Source: Pseudomonadota bacterium (lineage in GTDB: Bacteria; Pseudomonadota; Gammaproteobacteria; Burkholderiales; Burkholderiaceae_D). From it: DNA of 64,000 bases. Each line of letters starts with the position of its first letter. Within the stretch, counting starts at the first letter, position 1. Both the position numbers and the translations under genes were made by a program. Where the stretch lies: the NCBI GenBank assembly GCA_040389625.1, contig JAZJZQ010000084.1, forward strand, positions 31,429-95,428. Reading direction: 5' to 3'. A model generated the notes under the pieces. It was given only the letters and a program-made list of their open reading frames with translations. It ran no database searches and was not told the DNA's origin. Positions 58,094 through 64,000 of the stretch are shown here, piece by piece.

Positions 58094-58148
58094 CTGCGTC
58101 TCCATCGATGATTTTTGTTTGGAGCGCCCAGTTTGCCGTTGCCCGCTA

Positions 58149-58196
58149 TATGTGTAAAATTGATTGTATGCATTCGACGTATCGATGCCATTGATA
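58149..58196 (-). promoter_or_regulatory. nod-box-like operator in the divergent fdeR/DUF1302 promoter
   Basis: Minus strand T-ATC-AATGGCATC-GAT-ACGTCGA-ATG-CATACAATC-AAT-TTTACACATA, matching nod-box spacing and the ACAATCAATTTTAC core. Confidence 0.85.
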
Positions 58197-58220
58197 CATA
58201 TAGCACCAAGGGGAGACCGT

Positions 58221-59168
58221 ATGCGCTTCAACAAGCTCGATTTGAATCTGCTGGTGGCGCTCGACGCCATGTTCACGCTGCGCAGCGTGAGCCGCGCGGC
58301 GGAGCAGCTGCACATGAGCCAATCGGCGCTCAGCAGTTCGCTGGCGCGCCTGCGCGACTATTTCGACGACGAACTGCTGGTGCAGGTCGGCCGTCATATG
58401 GAGCTCACGCCGCGCGCCGAGGTACTGCAGGAGGCGGTGCGCGACGTGCTGGTGCGGGTCAACACGACGATCACGGCCACGCCGCACTTCAACCCGACGC
58501 AGTCGGACCGCGAGTTCCGCATCTTCGTGTCGGACTTTTCGATGGCGGTGCTGCTGCCGCATCTGTTGGCGCTGGCGCAGGAACAAGGGAGCACGGTGCG
58601 CTTCCACCTGCTGCCGCAGACGCGCCAACCGCAGCGCACGCTGGAGCATGGCGACGCCGACCTGCTGGTGATCCCGCAAGACTACTGTTCGCCCGACCAT
58701 CCGACGGAGCCTTTGTTCGAGGAGGAGTTCTGCTGCGTGGTGTGGAATCAGAGCAGCCACGCCAGGGCAGGCGCGATGACGCTGGAGGCATACAAGGCGG
58801 CCGGCCACGTGGTGATGCAGCCGCCGGGCATGGACCGCACCTTCGAATATCTGTTCATGGAAGGCACCGGCATCGCGCGCCGGGTCGAGGTGACTTCGTT
58901 CAGCTTCCTGGCGGCGCCCTACCTGGTGGTGGGCACCGAGCGTGTCGCTACCGTGCACCGCCGGCTGGCGGACGCGGTTGGCCGCGGCCTGCCGTTGTCG
59001 ATCCTGCCGATGCCGATGCCGATGAAGCGCATGGAGCAGGTCATGCAGTGGCACAAATACCGTACCCAGGATCCGGGGCTGGTGTGGCTGCGCGAGCTGT
59101 TGCACCGGGCGGTGCTGCGCATGGACACGGGTATCGAAGCGGTGGATGGGGCGGATCGACGGAAGTGA
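58221..59168 (+). CDS. fdeR: NodD-like LysR regulator (FdeR-like flavonoid sensor)
   Basis: MRFNKLDLNLLVALD...LARLRDYFDDELLVQVGR, VVGTERVATVHRRLA and QWHKYRTQDPGLVWLR; divergent from the fde-like operon. Confidence 0.85.
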   Translation: MRFNKLDLNLLVALDAMFTLRSVSRAAEQLHMSQSALSSSLARLRDYFDDELLVQVGRHMELTPRAEVLQEAVRDVLVRVNTTITATPHFNPTQSDREFRIFVSDFSMAVLLPHLLALAQEQGSTVRFHLLPQTRQPQRTLEHGDADLLVIPQDYCSPDHPTEPLFEEEFCCVVWNQSSHARAGAMTLEAYKAAGHVVMQPPGMDRTFEYLFMEGTGIARRVEVTSFSFLAAPYLVVGTERVATVHRRLADAVGRGLPLSILPMPMPMKRMEQVMQWHKYRTQDPGLVWLRELLHRAVLRMDTGIEAVDGADRRK

Positions 59169-59227
59169 TTGTACAAGGGCGGCCCGCGGCGCTTAGCATA
59201 GGCGGATCAACCACAGAAAGGAAACCT

Positions 59228-60016
59228 ATGCCGCGCCGTTTTGTCGACCTGTCGATCTATCTGGAGAACGAAGTGTTGTCCGATCCGCCCATCCTGGCGC
59301 CCAGGATCGAGTATCAGAACCACAAGGAGACGCTGGGCGAATTCATGCACATGCTGCCTGGTACCAAACCCAGCGACTTTCCCGATGGCGAGGCGGCTGC
59401 CGCCGAATGGGTGCGCCTGACCACGCACAGCGGCACCCACCTGGACGCGCCTTACCATTTTCATTCGACCATGAACCGCAAGCTGGGTGAGGCGGAGCGC
59501 TCGATCACGATCGATGAAGTACCGCTCGAGTGGTGCTTCCAGCCGGGCGTGAAGCTCGATTTTCGCCATCTGCCGGACGGCCATGTGGTCAGCGCGGCGG
59601 AAGTGGAGGCGGAGCTGGCGCGCATCGGCCACACCCTGCGACCGCTGGAGATCGTGGTGATCAACACCCGCGCCGGCGGCCGCTATGGCCAGCCGGACTA
59701 TGTCAACGCCGGCTGCGGCATGGGCTACGAGGCCACCATGTATCTGCTCGAGCGCGGCGTGCGCCTGACGGGCACCGACGCCTGGAGCTGGGACGCGCCG
59801 TTCAGCTTCACCGCGCAGAAAATCCAGGAAACCGGCAACGTCAATCTGATCTGGGAAGGTCACAAGGCCGGCCGCGACATCGGCTATTGCCACCTGGAGA
59901 AGATGCACAATCTGGAGGCCTTGCCGCCGACCGGCTTTACCATCAGCTGCTTCCCGCACAAGATCCGCGCCGCCTCCGCCGGCTGGACCCGGGCGGTGGC
60001 GATCTTCGAGGATTAG
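59228..60016 (+). CDS. fdeB: Cyclase/kynurenine-formamidase family metal hydrolase (FdeB-like)
   Basis: HSGTHLDAP, GTDAWSWD and HLEKMHNL motifs. Confidence 0.8.
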   Translation: MPRRFVDLSIYLENEVLSDPPILAPRIEYQNHKETLGEFMHMLPGTKPSDFPDGEAAAAEWVRLTTHSGTHLDAPYHFHSTMNRKLGEAERSITIDEVPLEWCFQPGVKLDFRHLPDGHVVSAAEVEAELARIGHTLRPLEIVVINTRAGGRYGQPDYVNAGCGMGYEATMYLLERGVRLTGTDAWSWDAPFSFTAQKIQETGNVNLIWEGHKAGRDIGYCHLEKMHNLEALPPTGFTISCFPHKIRAASAGWTRAVAIFED

Positions 60017-61230
60017 GGCGTATTTGCCCCGGCGCCCGGCGTCGGCAAGTTCAGCCTGTGCGCCCGTTGGTTCGCCCTCCTGAGGTGCATCAGCAGCGCT
60101 GATACCAGGGCGAGGCTGAGAATGGCCAGCCCTAGCGTGGCCACGAGGGTGCCGCGTGCGCCAAGGTATGCCAGGCTATAGCTGCCCATCAACGGCGTGG
60201 CCGCCTGACCGATCAGGGCAGGGCGCGCCAGCCGGCCCATCACGGCGCTGTACTGATTGGCAGGAAAAACCGCTAACGGCAGGGTTCCCCGCACTACTGC
60301 GCGCAAGCCGTTTCCCGCGCCGAAAATCAGGATGGCAATCAGGCCGGCCGCCGGCGCGACGCAGAGCAAAGCGATGCCCGTGGCGACCAGCAGGCAGGAC
60401 GCAAACGTGGTCCAGGCCGGATGCATGTTTTTTGCAAAGACTTCGACTATGCGGGCGATAACCTGCGTGGGACCCAGCATGGAACTCAAGGCGATGGCAC
60501 CCACCATCGAGTAGCCGATGCCTTTCAGGATGGGGATAAGATGGATGGACATCATGGTCATGGTCACGGAAGCCAGGACAAAAACCAGGCTGACCAGCAT
60601 GTAGGTGGTGGCGTCGATGGTGCCGGCGCCTGCCTGGGCCGGCGCCGCCGCCGGAGGAACGCCGTTGCGCTTTACTGCGTTCTGCGCGAAGGCGTGGCGA
60701 TACATCAGTGGCACCGCCAGCAGCAGGATTGCGGCGTATGCCGCACATGCGCCGCGCCAGCCGAGCCAGGAGAGCAGGAAGGCCAGTAGGGGAAAAGTAA
60801 TCGTGGTGCAAAAACCGGACACCAGGGTGATGTGCACAATCGCGGCGCGCGCGTCCGTTCGATAGATGTTGCCCAGCGCGGCAAACAAGGCATCATAGAG
60901 CCCGCCGGCCATACCCATGCCTATCAACGTCCAGGCCAGGATGTAGACCGGCAGGCAGGTGCTGATCGCCATCACCAGCAGGCCCGCCGCGATGAACGCC
61001 GTGCCCAGCACCAGCACCCGCAGTTCGCCCCATTTTTGCAGCCGCGCCATCACGAATGGCGAAGCCAGGCCGGCTACCAGCACCCCTAGTGAGAGTGCGG
61101 CAAGGACCGCTTGGCGGGACCAGCCGGTATCGCTGATGATGGGATCAGCCAGCACCGCCAGGAGAAAAAAGGAGCCACCCCATGCAAGGATCTGGGCCGT
61201 CCCCAACAGGAAAGTTGACCTGAATGTCAT
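60013..61230 (-). CDS. MFS transporter
   Basis: QILAWGGSFF, GMAGGLYDALFA, ITLVSGFCTT and GPTQVIAR motifs; about 12 TMs; visibly more AT-rich codon use than neighbours. Confidence 0.85.
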   Translation of the reverse strand: MTFRSTFLLGTAQILAWGGSFFLLAVLADPIISDTGWSRQAVLAALSLGVLVAGLASPFVMARLQKWGELRVLVLGTAFIAAGLLVMAISTCLPVYILAWTLIGMGMAGGLYDALFAALGNIYRTDARAAIVHITLVSGFCTTITFPLLAFLLSWLGWRGACAAYAAILLLAVPLMYRHAFAQNAVKRNGVPPAAAPAQAGAGTIDATTYMLVSLVFVLASVTMTMMSIHLIPILKGIGYSMVGAIALSSMLGPTQVIARIVEVFAKNMHPAWTTFASCLLVATGIALLCVAPAAGLIAILIFGAGNGLRAVVRGTLPLAVFPANQYSAVMGRLARPALIGQAATPLMGSYSLAYLGARGTLVATLGLAILSLALVSALLMHLRRANQRAHRLNLPTPGAGANTP

Positions 61231-61352
61231 TGCATGGCCGTCAACTCGACGGTCCTGGGGCTGAAATGGAAAATGTGATCCAGGCGTAACGGGACGCGAT
61301 AGATCCCCCGGCATGGGTATCGTTGTGCCACGGCGATGGGATGGCGGCATGC

Positions 61353-62531
61353 TCAGATCGCGTGCGCTTCGCGCAAGCTGGCGATGGCCTGGTCACCGTA
61401 GCCCAGTTCGCGGAGTATGGCGCCTGTATGCTGCCCCAGCGCCGGCACGGCATCCATCCTGGGCGTGACGCCTTCGGGTATGCCGGGCGGCAGCAGTGCC
61501 GGGACCGGGCCGCCGGCCGTCTCCACCTCGGTCCAGCGCCCGCGCGCCTTCAGTTGCGGATGGGCCCACACGTCGTGCATGTCATTGACCTGGGCGTTGG
61601 CGATGCGAGCCTGTTCCAGGCGCGCCAGCACCTGTTCCGCGGTCAGCCCGGTGAAGGCGGCCAGGATCAACGCCTTGAGCTCGTCGCGCGCGGCGACCCG
61701 GCGCGCATTCGAGCAAAAGCGCTCGTCCCCTGCCAGCTCGGGCGCCAGCAGTACCTGTTCGCAGAACAGCGCCCATTCGCGCTCGTTCTGGATGCCCAGC
61801 ATGACCGACTTGCCGTCGCCGGCCGCGAACGGACCGTAGGGATAGATGGTGGCGTGCGCGGAGGCAGTACGCGGTGGCGGCGCGGCGCCGTCGTAAGCGT
61901 AGTACAGCGGATAGTTCATCCATTCCACCATGCTCTCCAGCATGGACACGTCGATGCGGCAACCCTTGCCAGTGCGGCCGCGCTGCAGCAGCGCGGCCAG
62001 GATGTTGGTGTAGGCGTACATGCCGGCCGCGATGTCGGCGATCGAGCAGCCGGCCTTGGACGGCTCGTCGGGCGTGCCGGTGATGGACAGGAAGCCCGAT
62101 TCGCTCTGGATCAGCAGGTCGTACGCCTTGCGGTCCCGGTAAGGTCCGTCGGCGCCGTAGCCCGAGATGTCGCATACGATCAGGCGCGGATGGCGTTCCT
62201 TGAGCGCTTCGTACGACAGTCCAAGGCGCTCCGCCGCGCCGGGCGCGAGGTTCTGCACCAGCACGTCGGCGCTTTCCAGTAACTGCGCCAGCACGCCGGC
62301 GGCAGCTTGGTGTTTCACGTCCAGCGTCAGGCTCTCCTTGGAACGGTTGGTCCATACGAAGTGCGACGCCAGGCCGTTCACGCGGCTGTCATAGGCGCGC
62401 GCGAAGTCGCCCACGCCTGGCCGCTCGACCTTGATCACCCGCGCCCCCAAATCCGCCAGCTGGCGGGTGCAGAAGGGCGCGGCGATCGCGTGTTCCAGCG
62501 TGACGACGGTAATGCCATCGAGTGGTCGCAT
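61353..62531 (-). CDS. ict: Family III CoA-transferase, itaconate CoA-transferase-like
   Basis: RPLDGITVVTLEHAIAAPFCTRQLADLGARVIK...FVWTNRSKESLTLD resembles Pseudomonas Ict; next to an Ich-like gene. Confidence 0.7.
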   Translation of the reverse strand: MRPLDGITVVTLEHAIAAPFCTRQLADLGARVIKVERPGVGDFARAYDSRVNGLASHFVWTNRSKESLTLDVKHQAAAGVLAQLLESADVLVQNLAPGAAERLGLSYEALKERHPRLIVCDISGYGADGPYRDRKAYDLLIQSESGFLSITGTPDEPSKAGCSIADIAAGMYAYTNILAALLQRGRTGKGCRIDVSMLESMVEWMNYPLYYAYDGAAPPPRTASAHATIYPYGPFAAGDGKSVMLGIQNEREWALFCEQVLLAPELAGDERFCSNARRVAARDELKALILAAFTGLTAEQVLARLEQARIANAQVNDMHDVWAHPQLKARGRWTEVETAGGPVPALLPPGIPEGVTPRMDAVPALGQHTGAILRELGYGDQAIASLREAHAI

Positions 62532-62541
62532 GGTGGCCTCT

Positions 62542-63699
62542 TCAGAACGAGCGTGGCAGGCCAAGCACGTGTTCCGCCACGTGCGCCAGGATCAGGTTGG
62601 TCGAAATCGGCGCCACCTGGTACAAGCGCGTCTCGCGGAACTTGCGCTCGACGTCGTACTCGGCGGCAAAGCCGAAGCCGCCATGGAATTGCAGGCAGGC
62701 GTTGGCTGCCTCCCACGAGGCTTCCGCCGCCAGCATCTTGGCCATGTTGGCTTCCGCACCGCAGGGCTGATGCGCGTCGAACTTCGCGCACGCCTTGAAG
62801 CGCATCAGGTTGGCCGCCTCGACATTGATGAAGGCGCGGGCGATGGGGAACTGCACGCCCTGGTTCTGGCCGATCGGGCGGCCGAACACTTCGCGCTCCT
62901 TCACATACTTGCTGACCTTGTCGATGAACCAGTAGCCGTCGCCGATACATTCGGCCGCGATCAGGGTGCGTTCGGCGTTCAGGCCATCGAGGATGTACTT
63001 GAAGCCTTTGCCCTCCTGGCCGATCAGGTTCTCGGCCGGGATTTCCAGGTTCTCGAAGAACAGTTCATTGGTTTCGTGGTTGACCATGTTGGCGATGGGC
63101 TGCACCACCAGGCCCTTGCCGATCGCCTCGCGCAGGTCGACCACGAAGATGGACATGCCTTCGGACTTCCTGGTGACCTCGGCCAGCGGCGTGGTGCGCG
63201 CCAGCAGTATCATCAGGTCCGAATGCTGTACCCGGGAGATCCACACCTTCTGGCCGTTGATCACGTAGCGGTCGCCCTTCTTGACGGCCGTGGTCTTGAT
63301 CTTGGTGGTGTCGGTGCCGGTGGTGGGTTCGGTCACGGCCATCGATTGCAGGCGCAATTCGCCGCTGGCGATCTTGGGCAGGTACAAGCGCTTTTGCGCT
63401 TCCGAGCCATGGCGCAGCAGGGTGCCCATGTTGTACATCTGGCCGTGGCAGGCGCCGGAGTTGCCGCCGGAGCGGTTGATCTCTTCCATGATCACGGACG
63501 CTTCGGTCAGGCCGAGTCCTGAACCGCCGTATTCCTGGGGGATCAGGGCGGCCAGCCAGCCCGCCCGGGTCAGCGCGTCCACGAATTTTTCGGGGTAGCC
63601 GCGCTGTTCGTCGACCTTGCGGAAGTATTCGGCCGGGAATTCGGCGCATAGGTCGCGGACGGCGTCGCGGATGTCCTGGAAATCGTTCTGGATGGTCAT
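62542..63699 (-). CDS. Acyl-CoA dehydrogenase (methylsuccinyl-CoA dehydrogenase-like of itaconate operons)
   Basis: HGQMYNM, TEPTTGTDTT, GQKVWISR and ERKFRETRLYQVAPISTN motifs. Confidence 0.88.
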   Translation of the reverse strand: MTIQNDFQDIRDAVRDLCAEFPAEYFRKVDEQRGYPEKFVDALTRAGWLAALIPQEYGGSGLGLTEASVIMEEINRSGGNSGACHGQMYNMGTLLRHGSEAQKRLYLPKIASGELRLQSMAVTEPTTGTDTTKIKTTAVKKGDRYVINGQKVWISRVQHSDLMILLARTTPLAEVTRKSEGMSIFVVDLREAIGKGLVVQPIANMVNHETNELFFENLEIPAENLIGQEGKGFKYILDGLNAERTLIAAECIGDGYWFIDKVSKYVKEREVFGRPIGQNQGVQFPIARAFINVEAANLMRFKACAKFDAHQPCGAEANMAKMLAAEASWEAANACLQFHGGFGFAAEYDVERKFRETRLYQVAPISTNLILAHVAEHVLGLPRSF

Positions 63700-63703
63700 G
63701 CTC

Positions 63704-64000
63704 TTACTCCTCGTTGTTTGCTTTATTTAAGATGGCTTCGGCGCGCATACTCAGGTGGCCTTGCTCGTTCCTGGCCCACAGGCTGACTGTCTTGCCGTCG
63801 GCGTGCACGCGCCCGCAGACCTGGAACGGCTTGTCGTGGAACAGCGGCTGCATGGCGCGGAAGGAATATTCGGCCACTTCGGCGGCCGGCCAATTGCGGT
63901 GCAGCAGGTCCAGCAGCAGCGTGGCGACCAGGGGGCCGTGCACCACCAGGCCCGGATAGCCCTCCACCTGCGTCGCATAAGGCAGGTCGTAGTGGATGCG
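63704..64000 (-). CDS. ich: MaoC/hot-dog hydratase, itaconyl-CoA hydratase-like (5' end outside the window)
   Basis: RIHYDLPYATQVEGYPGLVVHGPL and YSFRAMQPLF motifs; frame open to the window edge. Confidence 0.65.
   Translation of the reverse strand, partial: RIHYDLPYATQVEGYPGLVVHGPLVATLLLDLLHRNWPAAEVAEYSFRAMQPLFHDKPFQVCGRVHADGKTVSLWARNEQGHLSMRAEAILNKANNEE

Noticed and set aside
58115-59227. Apparent 633-aa cyclase fusion
   Set aside because: The upstream part is an off-frame overlap with fdeR; the cyclase has its own AAAGGA RBS and ATG at 59228
1-64000. CRISPR arrays, tRNA/rRNA, IS elements, prophage or defence genes
   Set aside because: No regularly spaced repeats, structural RNA signatures, transposase or integrase motifs seen by eye; small ncRNAs cannot be excluded without an Infernal/Rfam scan

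Overview
High-GC, gene-dense bacterial DNA. Gene content suggests a plant- or soil-associated betaproteobacterium, probably Oxalobacteraceae-like (inference). I found no rRNA, tRNA, CRISPR array or transposase. The window is a series of accessory catabolic modules. (1) 1-22.1 kb: an acyclic-terpene/branched-fatty-acid (Atu-like) cluster with AraC and AtuR-like TetR regulators, ETF and a porin, plus unusual extras (TIGR03084-like and DUF2156-like genes, a 58-aa ORF between etfB and etfA, and a FadB-like gene lacking its hydratase domain). (2) 22.4-32.1 kb: LysR, MCP, family III CoA-transferase, HMG-CoA-lyase-like enzyme, VOC, DctA, hydroxypyruvate reductase, glycerate kinase and a Tat-exported VOC. 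The chemistry fits a complete catabolic route for itatartarate/2-hydroxyparaconate that I do not know to be described. (3) 32.9-36.3 kb: a NodD-like LysR, a nod-box-like site, and an operon for cytochrome b561, a Cyc2-like cytochrome-porin fusion and cytochrome c, a candidate trans-envelope electron conduit. (4) A pectate lyase and a DapA-family/ALDH/LysR/OCD unit. (5) 42.5-60 kb: an fde-like flavonoid-degradation cluster with a DUF1302-DUF1329-YCF48-RND module, an embedded chemoreceptor and two clear nod-box-like operators. (6) 61.3-64 kb: itaconate-degradation-like genes (ict, acyl-CoA dehydrogenase, partial ich). All family assignments come from motif recognition by eye, not database searches.
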